Source: Amoebidium appalachense
Taxonomy: Eukaryota > Protista > Ichthyosporea
DNA length: 64,000 nucleotides
Direction: 5' to 3'
Assembly (NCBI GenBank): GCA_963693365.1
Contig: CAVNZM010000001.1
Span: 15,486,418-15,550,417 of the forward strand
Position numbers and translations under genes: made by a program. How positions within the stretch are numbered: the stretch's first letter is position 1; the number at the start of each line of letters is the position of its first letter. The notes under the pieces are model-generated. The model had not been told where the DNA came from, ran no database searches, and was given only the letters and a program-made list of their open reading frames with translations. Below, piece by piece: positions 1 to 33,128 of the stretch.

Positions 1-1180
1 TCCGACAGCGGGCAACTGATCAAATGTTACGTTGTAAATGACGTCAAACAGTACGACTAGCGACTCATGTTGATCGGCGCACGCACCCCCCAGCCATTTG
101 CGGAATCATTCTTTTGCTCGCAATCGCACGAACTCGTTCATTTCGTTTACAGCACCATTGAAATTACCCTGCAGTTAAACAAACAGTAAACTCCACTCAA
201 ACACAAACTAAAAAAAAAAATTAACACACTTCAAAAATTTCCATAGAGAACCAACACATTAAACGCCTGTTATACTCAGCAATTATCCGAATACCATGCT
301 GTTTACGCTCCACCTCTTTCGTGGCAAGAGAGATGAAATAACGATGTAACCGAATATGATCGCGAAAGGGCAAAGGAGCTACAAATGGACGCCTTTGATC
401 GACGTTGCCGGTCGTTATTCTGAAATTCTGTGTCACACGGCTCAACGGTTGACTCACGGTTTTGTTGCCGTGGGGAAGGGAGACAGACTGAGGATAGAGC
501 TACAAACATAGCCAGTTTCTCAGTCCACTCATGATGCATGAACAGCAGGATTTGTAGCTTTGAGTTTGAAGGTAATGATGTGTTGGAATTTTTTTTGGCT
601 CATCTGGCAGGATTTCGCTGCTTTTCTGGCTTCACTTTTTTCTAGGCTCTAATGATTGTGGGCCGAATTTGATAGGAATCATCTGGTTCAGTGTTGGCAT
701 TACTGATCGGAGCCGGTGAAGTTAGTAATGTGCCAAGTGTAACTTAGTTGTGTGATGCTGTTTGTGGACTAAACTAGCCTAGACAACGAGAGGCTTAGCG
801 GCTTGTCTCCTCTGTTGCACCATCTGTCGGACATCGCTCAACTCCGTCAGATACTGCCAAGTTGGAGCCAGGCCGGGACGAAGTTTCATCATCGAGTAAT
901 TTACTGTACTGGAAGGTATACTATTGAATACTTCAGCCTGCTCCAGGCGAGAGTACACCACATAGATAATTAGTTAGCTCCGACGGAGATTTTTACATTG
1001 CTCCAACTGTTACGGTCTTACAATCTTGCATGGTTGACACTCCGATGATAAAACCTCATTCTCAGCTCTTTTTCTAGTAGACGATGTCATTAGCTTTGTG
1101 TTTTGCAACGACTACACAAGCGAGCAAATGAGTATAAATTTCACGAACTGAGAGACACATGCGTGGATGGGGTGGACAAT

Positions 1181-19595
<18,415 letters not shown>

Positions 19596-20920
19596 GTTGA
19601 GTCTCGTTTTTGCGGTGTAAAATATTGTGTGTGTGTGTGTGTGTGTATGTGTGCGCGCGCGTGTGTGTATATATATATATATATATAGTTGCCGCGCATC
19701 GATGGATTAACTTGGGGCATGTGCCCCCCCCCCCCCCCCCTTTCCTCACCCGGGCCCCGGTTCCCCCCATCTACACGCAGCCTGGAGGTACACAGACATT
19801 CATGCCCGTGCACACACAGACACAGACACACGGTCGCGCACACATGGAACGTGCGCCACACGAACGCACAAGTTAGTATGCACACGCACGCGCACTAAAG
19901 CATTCACACTTCTTAGTAGTGAATTTAGTCTGGAGCCTGTGATTGTGTATGGCTAGTGGATATTACATGATTGAAAACTCTGTTCCGTTTTTCGTTAGCA
20001 AAGTTTAGTCCCCCTCTCAGGCTTTCCATAATACCTCGAGGGGTTGGTGGTAGCATACTGATATTCTTAATGGTGTCTTTTTTTAAAAAAAAAAAAAAAA
20101 AAAAAATGAAGTCGAAAGTGAGTAAAAAAACAGATGCAGCCAAAGTCCATTTGCTGCGTCGTGTTGTTTGTGCTTGTGTGCTTTTGTGTAGGTTTTTTTT
20201 GCCGGAGGGCAGTGGGGGGCGGGAAGAAGAGGGGGGGGGGGGGGGGGGGGGGGGGTTCTAGCTCTACGAACTTCCTTCTGGCTCCGCATTCCCAAATGTT
20301 CCCCTCTCTCTAGATTAATATCGAACAAGGATAGCCCTGGTGAGAATGTTGTGTTCTGTTACGCGTATACTTCCGTTTTGTTCAAACCCTTCCTCGGTCA
20401 ATCACAGAGACTCGCGTCAACACAAAGTGCAGATTCAGCTAAATTTGAGAGATTTTTCTACCGTCTTTTTTTTTTTTTTTTTTTTTTTTTTTGTTGCAAG
20501 TAATTTAAATAGCGAGTCGATGTGCATATGTACGGTAGCCCAGCCCTGGTCGGCTCTGAATACGGGGGATGTAATGATTTCAGTTTCCTGCTTTTTTTGT
20601 TTTTGTTTTTTCTTGTTTTGTTTTCCCCGGTAATATAAAGATAACCTGACGATAAAACTACAAGTTGATGATTGATGTATGTCATGAGATTGACGGAAGA
20701 TAATCGTAGACTCTGACCCTAATGTGTGATAGTCTCTGTGTGTGAGGATTTCTTATTCGTTCATGATCAAATCAATTCTTTTTCGACTGAAGTAGCTCTT
20801 TAAATGGTTGAATGGTGTATAGGTTGACTCAATAAAACGGGGACTCAATTTTTAACCATTTTTTGATGATCTCACGATAGCAGGCCGTCCCCCTTCCCCC
20901 CCCTCCCCCCCCCTCCCCTT

Positions 20921-21250
20921 GAAGCCCCGTCTCCTGAGTTCCTATCTATATTTTTCTTGCTTCTGCTTACTGCTGCAACTTTTAACCCCCGGCCTTTCCC
21001 ACTGCCCTTGCCTGCATAAGTAACCCTGCTCGTCTCTGATCAAGACGGGTGACCTACCCATGTTCAAGTGAAACAGTATCTGAGTTGGGTTTCGTTAACG
21101 AGGTGAATAGGTCGAACTCGGGTACTGTGGATGACGTGGGCCCCCCCTGAGGATGGGCTCTGCTTATTATGCATACTCTTTATGTATGGCTTGCATTCTG
21201 CATCGTGTTATCCGTTTGTTCTTTTGTACTTCGTACTTTTTGACGCATTC

Positions 21251-21252
<2 letters not shown>
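20921..21252 (+). mobile_element. Structured repeat copy B' (recent relative of copy B)
   Basis: Only a handful of differences from 15317-15650 over ~330 bp. GAAA is reduced to GAA at 21114-21116. C-rich tract upstream and long poly-C downstream. Confidence 0.9.
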
Positions 21253-21309
<57 letters not shown>

Positions 21310-21341
21310 AAAAAAAAAGGACACCCACCCACCCCCTATCC

Positions 21342-21386
<45 letters not shown>

Positions 21387-22323
21387 ACACACACACATAC
21401 AAACACACACTCTGAGTCACACACAACAAAAAGAAGAAGAAGAAGAAGAAGAAGAAACCTTCGGTCCCCACGCCTATGTACTCCACTTATGACAATGATG
21501 CATACTCACACGTACACGTGCCAATTGGCAAGATGTAAATTGTGTTGTGCTGTTGTGTCGATGTCAGTCGTGAATGTTTACTTCGTATTCTCAACAGTTG
21601 TGCTCGTATCTCCAACCTCCTACCCCTGTCCTGACCGGCCCAACCCGTCACGATAGTATATGGCAAACAACCATCATCCTGCCTTTTTTATTGTTTTATA
21701 CAAACCCTTTTTATGTATATGCGCACTACCGGGAGAATTCTCTTCATGCATATGGTACATGTGTGGGCACATTAATACAGTTCACATCAGAATAGCACCA
21801 GCACATTAGTTGGCGCGGTGTTCAAATTTCATAGTGGGCCGTACCGAGGCTTATTTCTTTTATAAACGGATATCGTATCGGACTCTATGTGACAGCCCCC
21901 CCCCCTCCCGAAAAAAAAAAAAAAAAAAAGGGGGGGGGGGGGGGGGTCCATGAATTCGAATAACTGGCATACACAGGCTAACATCCGCATTCGTTAGTGA
22001 CCCGACACAGGGGTTTTCTTGTCCCTCGGCAAGTGGAGGGGTCGATGGTGTCTTTGAGACTCCGCCGGATCCACGTGCCATTGAGCGCAATGGCTGCTTC
22101 CCCTAGCTCATTCCGTATACGCTGTGTGTGTGTGTGGGTGGGTGGGTGGGTGGGTGGGTGGGTGGGTGGGTGGGTGGGTGGGTGTGGCCATGGGTGGGTG
22201 GGTGGGTGGGTGTGGGTGTGGGTATGCGTGTGTGCACGTGTGTGTGCGCGCGTGTGCGTGCTATGTGTTTTGTGTATGGTGTGGGTGTGGGTGCACAGTG
22301 TCTGCAATGCATCTGTGCGGTAT

Positions 22324-22358
<35 letters not shown>

Positions 22359-22898
22359 GTGTGTGCAGTGCATTGTATGTGTGTGTGTGCGTGTGTGTGA
22401 TGGGGGGGGGGGGGGGGGGGGGGAGGGGGTAGTGTGCATGTGTGTATGCGTGCTTGTGTGCGTACGCGCACACGCGAGTGTGTGTTTTCGTGTGTGCACG
22501 TGTATTTGTCCTCGTCTGTATTAGTGCACGTGATTGCATGTGAGACGGTGTGCACGTGTGTGTTTTTGCCTGGCGGATAACTTTTCTTGGTTTTGATTTA
22601 ACCCTTTTTATTCATATTCAGCACCGCTGACTTTTGGTGGGTTGGCTTTCTTGCGGTTGTGTCGTTTTTGCGGGTTAGGGAAAAAACGGGTTGGGAACCG
22701 TTTTTTTTTTTTTTTTTTTTTTTTGGTGGGGGGGGGGGGGGGGGGGGGGGGTCGGATAGAGAGAGAAGGGGGGGGGGGGGAGAGAGAGGGGCGGGGGGGG
22801 GGGGGGGGGAAGAGAAAGAGAGAGAGAGAGAGAGAGAGAAGAGAACTGGGGGGGGGGGGGGGGGGGGAGAGGGAAGGGGGGAGGGCCGAGGGGGAAAA

Positions 22899-22935
<37 letters not shown>

Positions 22936-23465
22936 GAGGGGGGGTTACAGGCCAAAGTGCAGTCCATCTGAGAAGTATAGGTGCGGGCCAAAGTGACACC
23001 ATCCTGGATGGGGGTGCGGGCACAATCCACCACCTCATGCAACCTACAAATGCACATTTAATAAATAAAGGCAGCAGCACGGGCACCTGGACTGGTGTGC
23101 CGAATGGGTGCAGACAGCTGCATGTTCAACTTCTCAACAATAACTAGCTACATACTAATAAGTATATATATATATATATATATTAATCCCGTTTTGCTCC
23201 TGGAGGGACCCCATGGGGCCATCATGGGGAACTACCGTCGTCCACCCAGCACCGACAGTACTCTAGCTAGGGTGCTACGGTATTATTAGCTAAGCTAACA
23301 CCCCTTAACAATCCTAACTATTTGTGCACGCTTAGCCCAGGGTATTCGTGATCACCCCAGCTACGCCGGTGGGTAGGCATCATTAGTAATATTAGGGCCC
23401 CGTGCACGTGTATGTATATTGAGTGGTCCTGGATGTGGCCGGGGAGTGGGGGGGAGGGGAGTCAG

Positions 23466-23535
<70 letters not shown>

Positions 23536-23559
23536 ATTTATCGCTCAATACTGTGTGTG

Positions 23560-23602
<43 letters not shown>

Positions 23603-23616
23603 GTGTATGTGAGTGT

Positions 23617-23655
<39 letters not shown>

Positions 23656-24497
23656 GTGTGTCTCCTACAGTGGTGTGTGTATGTGTGTGTATGTGCTGCT
23701 TGTCACGTGGCCGTCACGGTGCTTGTCATGTTGTGCTCACAATGTACCATCTGATTCTTGAATTTGGGTTGAGGGGTGGGAGACAGGGGCCCAATTTGAA
23801 TATTCCGCCAAGAGTCTTATCAGTGAATTTTTGAAAAAACACTAGTATAATAAAGGACTACCTTTTATTGCTCCTGTCGGCGTGGCTGGGGTAGTAACCC
23901 TGCCCGGTGTTCCTGCATTCATACGCCAAAGCCAGCCCTGGGTCCAAATGACGTCTGATGCCACGTTACTATTAGGATAATACAGTAGCAGTACAACCTT
24001 AGGTAAACCTCCGTTTTTTTTTTTTGTCACATGAGGTAAACGCACCTTTTTTGTTTGGTCATCGATCGAGCCTCCTGCAGCTGGCCCGCGGTGATCTCGC
24101 TGTGGTGGGATACCGTAGGAATGTACTCAAAAAGTACGGACCGCTTCCTATTGGATGTACTAAAACCAATATGGGGTGTATGCACTGCAGCGATTGGTTG
24201 GTGATGACCAAAGGCAATGTGCGGTGATATACTTCTCATAAAAACAAGCAGCTGATTGGCCAAACACTGAAAATATGAAATGTGACTTGGTTACAGCAAA
24301 TAAAAACAATGTAGTGTTGCTACTATAGATAAAATATTTAAGGAGAAAAAAGCATTTTAAACACGGGCTATTTTTGTTTTGCCTAATCTGTTTTTTATTA
24401 TAAACCACCATTTGATACATGGCGTTATCATAGAGAACGCTTAACGGTTGGCTAAACATCACGCATAGATAAGCACCACCACACGTGAAGCCATTTC

Positions 24498-24524
24498 ATT
24501 GGTCTCATCTAGGCAGTATATAAG
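24498..24524 (+). promoter_or_regulatory. Candidate CCAAT (ATTGG) + TATA promoter of the gene starting at 25154
   Basis: ATTGG 24498-24502, TATATAAG 24517-24524; further ATTGG motifs upstream. Motif match only. Confidence 0.3.
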
Positions 24525-25153
24525 GGCATATCAAGCCTGCACCAACGGAAACTTCCCTTGGTTTTTGAGTGTTTTTTTTTAAAAAAAATTTTTTTGGTTT
24601 ATCCTGGTTTATAAGCTTCAAGAATTGCAATAGTATTATGAGGCAAACACATGGTTAGCTAGCGTAAATCGCCTGCTATAGGAAACCAACGACAGGGGGT
24701 GCACATCGTTGTTCCCATGTGTGGGATCTCACGTGTGGCCCATATGCGTCCGTCACTCGTTTTTGACTAGGTCAAAAAAAATCAGATGCTGGATAGAATT
24801 AGGTAATGGTATAGTAAAACATTTGCCTTCCATTCATTTCGAGCAGATGTTTCCAATAAGATCGGAAAGAAAGTAACTAAAGTTAGCATACTTTTCACGT
24901 TGACAGGTGCGTTTGGCACAACCACAACACCCCTGTTGGGGCAGCATCACACAATTGCTTAGGGGCAAAACAATGCCCGTCGCTTTCCTTTCCTCTGCAT
25001 ACCTCTCTTTGCCCGTTAGAAGGGAATATAGAACAGTTCTAGATTAAAAATTCCTATCTGCAACACCAACAACATCAAACATTGCTCTACCCGTTTTCGG
25101 CTCATCGGATCCAGATCGAGTTCCGTACGTTTTGTACTTTGCAGGCTTCCACC

Positions 25154-25660
25154 ATGCCAGACAACATGGCACACTCTACAGCCCATTGGCGTGTATCAGC
25201 AACCAAGTTAGGAAAAAGGATATCAGATTTTCTGACAAGGAGACATACGCACACATCACCCACTTCAACAAACATTGAAACCGCCAACTTGCAAAAAGAA
25301 GACACTGTCGACACACAGGGGAGAATCAACGACTCGGCGCAACCCTCGGTACCGCTCGGGTCGGGTGAGGCCGAAAAAAGACACAGCCCCAGAAGCCGCA
25401 GTTGGTATTCTCGGCCGAATTTCTGGTCTAGTCCGTCACTGAAGCAGAAGGAGGTGTACGATAGAGCAGATGCAGGGGCAGGACCAGGGTTAAAAATAGA
25501 CGGCCCCCACGGTGAGGTACGTGAGATGCAGGATGAGAATGTGGTGCGATGGTTTTTTTTGGCGAAGAATGGAAAGGGTGAAAGAGAAGGTGAAGAGGAA
25601 ATACAACGAAGTTGTGGGATGGCTGTCGTTTGGTTGGGGTGTTCTATTCTTGGCTTTGTG

Positions 25661-25704
<44 letters not shown>

Positions 25705-25822
25705 CGCACAAATATGCAGTGTTTGTATCTGTCACAATGGACGGCATGTTCGTGTCCGCAGGTATGCTCATGGATGTGTGTGCAATAGAGTGCTCTCTCT
25801 TATTCCTCTTTTTTTTTTTTTT

Positions 25823-25869
<47 letters not shown>

Positions 25870-26908
25870 GGACTGGTTTCTATTATACATTTCCGTTTTT
25901 TCTTTTCTTTCTTTCTTTTTTCTTTTTCTTTCCTTTTCTTTTTTGGGTGTGTGTGTGGGGAGGGGGGGGGAGGGGGGGGAGGGGGGGGATTGGGACGGGG
26001 GGAAGGAGGAAAGGGGGTAGGGGGGGGGGGGAGGGGGGGGAGGGGAGGGGCTTTACGAGACCTCCTCAGTCCAGTTCCCTTAATTAATGGCAAACACAAG
26101 GACTATTTTCTTCTGACATCCACATCACTGCAGGTCCCTATACACTCCACCAAGGTGAGATCTCTCCCAGCCGTTTGGAGTCGCGATGGCAGGCGTGCCA
26201 CGTACCCGAAAACCCCTACAGATGTACGCACAAGAAGCCTGCAGTCACTGTGTGCACGAGGGAGCGGGAGCGGAGGGAGCAGCAGAAAGGGGGCAAAACA
26301 TCTTGAACCAATAGGATCTGAGGGATTACTCAAGAAAGAGAGCAGCGTGACAAGCAACCAATCGCACGGCCCTCGACCGTTGAGCGAGGTTTTGGGGGAT
26401 TGCGCCGGGAACTGGGACGACGAGACGGAGGAAGAAGCCAGAACGGTCGAGTATGTTTGTTCTTCGTGCCACGATTTCGTCTCGTTGGATACCATACATG
26501 AGCACTTTTGCAGCGAGCAGGTGTGCTTCTACCCATCGCACACGCACACGCCCACACGCACACACACGAGCAACAACACGAATACGAACGCGCACGCGTC
26601 AGGCGCGAAATCGACGCCAATTCTCAACCACATGCACACGAGCGCGGGTGTGGTGCGGGAGGTGACGAGCGAGGTGCGTGCGCACAGTACCAGGGAGCTC
26701 ACCCAATGGTATTGGGAGGTGGTTGAGAGGGTGCAATTATCCACCACCCCCCCTTCAAGAAAAAATTCGTTTTATGTGCCTGCAGACGGGGAGGAAAACA
26801 CGTCCACACTTACTGCTTTGTGCATGCGACCACCGACGTTTTCGGCACAGGCCCTCCCGTGTGTGTCTAGCGGCCCTTGACATGAAGCGGGTCAGTTCGC
26901 TGGTTCAG
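25154..26908 (+). CDS. Spliced gene of unknown function (Ser/Arg-rich, possible small Cys/His zinc knuckle); 3' exons uncertain
   Basis: Exon 25154-25516 (ACC-ATG, donor GAG|gtacgt) joins in phase to 26134-26520 (..YVCSSCHDFVSLDTIHEHFCSEQ). Possible further exons at 26786-26908, 27492-27602 and ~28943-29164. Confidence 0.5.
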
Positions 26909-27233
26909 GTTCGGGTCGATTCGGGTCGATTTGGGTCGGGTCAGGCCCGGGTTGGCTGACGGGCGGCTTGTAGGGATCGACGTTTCGGTATTTTGTTTGG
27001 CTGAAATTGATTATTGACGAAGGTTGTAATGGTGTTAATGTTGTTTTGTTTTTTGGCCGCAGAGGTGGTGGCTTTCCCGATCTTTTCTCGGTTTTGCTCG
27101 TATTTTTGATTCATAAATGGTGCACTGTGGGGCGTTGAATACAGTGCTTGTTGTGTTGGTGTCATTTTAATACACGTAGGTGCGGGGCCGTAAATAGACG
27201 TGGATAATCAAGTGTGATGATAGGCGCTAAAGA

Positions 27234-27293
<60 letters not shown>

Positions 27294-27765
27294 AGGTGGC
27301 AGGCCACTCGGATCGCAGCCCACTGTGCCCTGTATCATTGGCATGTATATTAAACCCCACATATGAGCACTAGTCGAAGGTTTAGCTTTCTTTCATGTGA
27401 TAAATCTACATACTTGAATGTGGTTTCACTCTTTCTTTCCCTTTGTTTCCGTGACTTGTTTCTATGTTTATATTAACTTACCGGGATTCAGATATCTGTA
27501 CGACCAGCAATGAAGCTTCTGATGAAGACATGTTCCAACGGTTTTGTCAGAAACATCGACACCCTTACCCCCTCCTCCCCCTCCTTTCGACACATATGTG
27601 ACGTGCGCATGCACGCACACAGTGAGACTTTTTGTGGATTTGTGTGCGTGTTCGGGGGAGGGGGGGGAGAGGGGGGGGGGGAGGGGGGGCACGTCCAAAC
27701 AATAGATAGAGGCAGGCGCATGGGACTGATTACGCAGCAGCCTACAAAAAAATAGTGCGGAAGAA

Positions 27766-27799
<34 letters not shown>

Positions 27800-28029
27800 A
27801 AGTTTAAGGTGCCTGTGATTGGCACACCGTTAAGCAGTGTGTTTCTGGAGAGAGACCCCATTTCGGGCCCTAGCCCCTAGGCAAGCACCCACCCACGTGC
27901 ACCTCGAAACACCTTGCTGCGCATTGCAAGCACACAACTAGAAACCAAAAATAGCCACCCGGTAGTAACAGTGGAAAGAAATCGTTCAAAACACCATTGA
28001 ATATTGTAGGACAACAACCGCTGAGGGCC

Positions 28030-28064
<35 letters not shown>

Positions 28065-28804
28065 AAAAAAAAGAAAAAAGAAATAGAAATAGAAAGAAAA
28101 AAAAGCAAAAGGAAAAAGAAAAAGGTAAGCTACAAAGAAAGGGAAAGAATGTTTTCATCACACGAATCGACCCAAAATGACATCCAATCACACAAATCGC
28201 ATGTTATAACGGTATAGACGAATTCGAATTCACAATTAACACAACATCAATTTGTAATTGAATGATCATCATATATAGTCTGAGACGTGGACCCAGCAGC
28301 CCGTGCCACAACCTCGTTATATCACGTACACACATCATGCGTATGAGGTCACATGGGATACAACGTGCATCCGAACATGCTAGCGCTAGACCCAACTGTT
28401 CACCACCACACAATGTCAAGTTATAAAACCCCTCGGAGCCCAGGTGAATTACAGTACTAATATACATCGGCCCGCGGGCCACGTGCACTGCACTGGTAAT
28501 AGAAGCTAATGGAGGGGTAGTGGGGATTGCAAGGGTTTGGTGACGTGTAGCTAAAGATTCGGATTAGTGCATGGAGCTGGGCCTCCTGTGGTGGAATTAT
28601 GTTGGGGGAGACGGAGGGAGCCTCGAGTAAACGAGTTGGGCTTTAGCTAGCGTTAGGTGGTGGTATATGTACGTGCTAATTAGCAAGACTTGTACAAACG
28701 TCACGACTTGTGCACACCGTGGGGAGCTCTAGGGGGTGGGGGTGGGGGGTGCCAAGGAATGGTGGGGGGATGGCCCGGGGATGGTTTGTGTGTGTGTGTT
28801 GTTT

Positions 28805-28852
<48 letters not shown>

Positions 28853-29872
28853 GGGGGGGGGGGGGGGGGGGGGGGGGGACGGGGGGGAGGGGGGGGAATT
28901 CTAAAGGGGAGGGAGGGGGGGCTGCTTTCAAATGATAGGCTAGGTGAAGCTAGTGGGCAGGTGGCGCAGGAGCAAGCTTCGCAAGGCGAAGGCGGACAGC
29001 CACGTGCATATTACAGTGGCAGCCATCATATATCCCACATGTACCTAAAGTTACATGCGTACGGTCATGACGGACATCTGGACACGGACGTGTCTGGCGG
29101 CCAACTGAAAGGAATCCTGGAGACAGTCACGAGTTATATGCCGACATCTTCGCAAACACAGTAACCACGCACACGCAGGTACCGGTGGCTTGGGGCCACT
29201 GACAAGGTTAAATATATATGATGATGGCTTTCAGAGATGGGAGGGGCTGGCCATGCATGGGAATTTTACTCAAAAAGCAAAAAAAACTTTAGGAACTTTG
29301 TACTGAGCTAGGGCAAATTTATTGTCATCAAAAAATTTGGGTAGAAATGGTTAAGGGTTGCATTTCTTTTCTTTACACTTACAATTTCCCTTGTCTAAAG
29401 GGAATGCAAGGTTGAAGTTAAGGTTTGACTCAGACTTGGGGCCAGAATTGTCCAATGTACAAGTCAATCAGAGCGCGACTGTTGTATTAATTTAGGACAA
29501 AATGCTATATGATTGGGCGATATCAGCACAGACCAAGTGTGTATGTAGGAAAGAACCACAGGTACAACCATATACCAAAAATGAGTAAATCCAATACCAT
29601 AAATAGGTGAATGAGATTCCAAATATGGGCGATATGATAAATGAAAGGCTATGGCTGTAGGTAGGGCCTTCCCAGCCACCATCTATGTCACATTTGCCTA
29701 ATACCATAAACCCCATAACCCCCCCCCCCCCCCCCCCACCACCCACTTCGCAAAGACCAGCCGGGCTGCAGAGGGGCAAGTCATATTCAAAAATAGTTGA
29801 CCTGCAACTAGTTGTTCAACCCCCCCCCCCCCCCCCTCTCTTTGCGTGTGTGTTCAAAGGACGCCTGTCCCC

Positions 29873-31148
29873 TCACGCCAGCAGGGACCATTTTCGTCGC
29901 GGCTTTGCAATCTGACTTGTTGCTGATGGATCTGCGATTTTTGCGTAAAGCTCGAGCGAATCAAGATCGACCAATATTTCGTCCCCGTGGGCCATTCTCA
30001 TCTGCGCTGCCTGCGCCTCCAATTCTGCCTTAAGGCACAGTTCCCCCAAGAGCACGTCGGTCTGACGGGCCAACCGAAGGTTAAGGGCGGCAACCTTTGC
30101 TTCCAAATCCGCGACTGTTTTGGTAATGGGAGGGATGTTGGGTTAGTGGGATTGTTCGGTGTGGGAAAAGGCATTGTGTGTGTGTGCGCGCGCACGTGTG
30201 TGTGTATGTGTGTGCACGCACATGTTTGTGTGAGCATACCGTTCGTGTGTGCCCACTAACACGTAAGAGCAACCTTCCCACAAACGGTTAAGCACACTTT
30301 CCATACATGGGCAATCCGTTAGAACCGGTTTGGATCTAAACCAATAATAATAATACCCCGACAAAAAAACCCTCTCGGTAAACATCGGGGCATCCTTCGG
30401 ACCGACACCAAAAGATAGTCGAGAGGAGAGCTGGCCGAGAGGAGAGCTGGCTTTAACGGTTCTTATGTCCTTTTGGTCCTTCAAGTCCCCCCCCCCCTCC
30501 AGGTCTCACTCCATCCGGCATCTCGTCTTAGACCCAGACTTGGGGGACAATGTTACGCCCAAAAGCGAGCAAACTTCAGAGGAATGGGGGTCAGGGGATT
30601 GTTGCGGAAGCATTCGAAAAACAACGGGGGCTTCAATAAATACTACATGCACGCTAAAAGACCATACGGGGTTAAGGTTGGTTTTCTTTCTCCTTCTCTC
30701 TTTCTTTTTTTTTCTTTCTTTTTTTTTTTTTTTTTTGGGGGGGGGGGGGTCCAATACCCGAGAGTGCATGCAGGGTTGCCATTTCATTCTGCGCCATCTC
30801 CTCGTCCAGCCTCTCCGCCTCCTCTGCAATCACATCCTCGCTGATCCGCCTTACCGGAGTATAACCCACTGAACTTTCAGAAACTTCAGTTTTCCCCACC
30901 GGTGTCCCCTCCGAATCGACCGTCTCAACTTTCTCAGAAATGGGGGTTTTTGAGGAAGAGACTGCGTCGTGCGATAGCGCACGGGTTCTATGGGGGGATT
31001 CAATGAGAATTTCTTCGTTTAGGGGGACATCTGTTGTGGCCAGGCCGGCATAGGCCCGCAGGGGGAGGGAGAGGGTCTTGCGGAATGCAGTGAGACGCGC
31101 CGTTGGCTGCTCTGCTGCAAAGGGTAGGGAGAGGGTGGAGTTAGAGCT

Positions 31149-31185
<37 letters not shown>

Positions 31186-33128
31186 GGTCGTGTGCCTGCA
31201 TGTACGGATGTCCTTGTCGATACACAAGCGTTATCATGAGTTCTGTAACAGGCATCTGACTGTGTCTCTCGTGCACATTCCCTACAGCCGTGTGCGGCGC
31301 AGCCTGTCACACACAGTTCTATTCACAGCGTACACCATTGTCACTAGGCCCACACGTTCCGCACAACCACACACACACGCACACACACACACATCCACCC
31401 ACACCCACAGCTTCTGATACACACGCACGGGCACGCACATACACACACACGTACGCACACACACAAGCACCCACCTACATACAACACATTATTGCGCCGG
31501 AATGTGTGCTCGTTTGTAAGCTTGCTGGTCATGTGGATATCAGACCATGCACGCAAACAGACAACCTGCATGTGTGAAAGTTGCGCGTGTGTGTGCAAGC
31601 ACTATAATGTCCAGATGCGAGCGAGAGCGGGCGTGCATCCACTCGCCGTGCGTGTACACATGCACACACATTTTGCGTCTACTGACGCAACACAACTGTG
31701 TGATGTGTGCGGTGATTCCAAGGTGCATGCAGGTGCACATTGGTGCATGACTGTGCCTATGTGGGCACATGACAAAGTGTATCAGTGTAAAAGTGTATTA
31801 GTTGTGTGTGTGTGTGTGTGTGTGACTACCTGTGGGTTCTGCCTTTGCCTCAGCTGCGAGGGCTGCATCGACCATGAGTCTTGTCTTTGCACGCAAACGC
31901 ACTTTGGAGTTGCGGCGTCTGATCTGAGGTCCCGTGTGCTCTGCACGTGCACAATGCGCCAAATATGGTAAGCGGGGGGTGCCTAGTCGTGTTTCAGTCT
32001 ACCTCCTCTGTTTATTCCTTATCTCCGTCCTTCTCCCCCCCCCCCCCCCCCCCTTCACGTGACTGAATTTCGCACCGCCACATATCGTTCGAAAATGTTT
32101 CTTCTTTAGAAGAAAGTAGTGGTGAAACAGTAGGAACAACTTCAAAAGCTCTTTGTTACATTCTTAGTAAATAAATGACCCCCCCCCCCCTCCCTTAGTA
32201 ACAGGAGAACCATCGTATTGCGAAGACAAGGTCAATTTACGCAACACAGCGAACATGCAACCAAGCACGCGCACATGCACACACACACACACACACACAC
32301 GGGGGTTGCGGGCACTTACCACTACAACTGCTGTCGGCGATACTTTGACTGTCGAGACTGCAGGAGGAGAAAGGCAATTAGTAACAGAGAGCACAAGCGT
32401 GAATAACTCAGTGGACAAATCAACAGAGACTAAGGCAAGGAGAAAAAGCGTGCACGGTAAAAAGTGCAAATGTAACTAACCTATACTGGTGCACCCCCGA
32501 GGGGTCGTGATAAATTCAGCAGGGTGCTTGCACGCAAAGATTACTTGTACGCAAGCGCACGGGTAAGGACAGGCACGTTCACTCAAAAGAACGTGCAGTG
32601 GCGCGGGCTTATATGCGTAAGGGTACGTGTGGATCACATTTACACACACTCACACACAGGCACACGCCAAATGGGATGACACGAGTTAGCAAAACTTGTG
32701 CACTTAGTAGATACAGATACAGACACATACAAACACACACACGTGGCACACACACACACACACACACACACATGCAGGCACACGGGACGGGAACAGAGAC
32801 TTAACCACCCACATCAAAAATACACTCCACACAACTTAGTCTTACAAATTTTCGCGTTCAGTTTAGTGCATGTTCTATACAAGGCCAGCAAGACAGCCAG
32901 AAATACAGAAAAACCAAAGAAAGAAAAAAACACAGGAATTAAAAAAAAAGAAAAGAAGAAGAAAACATGAACACGCACACACCTTGAGTTTTCACTGGAC
33001 AGGCACTCGTTGTCGTCTTCTCTGTCCCGGCCCATCTGGTAGTGGCTCTGGGGGAGGGTGGGCTGCACATCTGCGTGTGGGGTACCACACGGACACTCCA
33101 TCGCACTATGTTGGAGTACGGCCGCCAT
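29873..33128 (-). CDS. Five-exon gene, ~297 aa, unknown function, C-terminal coiled coil
   Basis: Exons 33128-32983, 32357-32320, 31940-31830, 31114-30758, 30114-29873 are all GT-AG, phase-consistent and stop-free. C-terminus ..EEAERLDEEMAQNEMATLHALSVADLEAKVAALNLRLARQTDVLLGELCLKAELEAQ.. Confidence 0.75.

Noticed and set aside
221-961. Short minus-strand ORFs near the window start
   Set aside because: No recognisable motifs or consistent splice structure.
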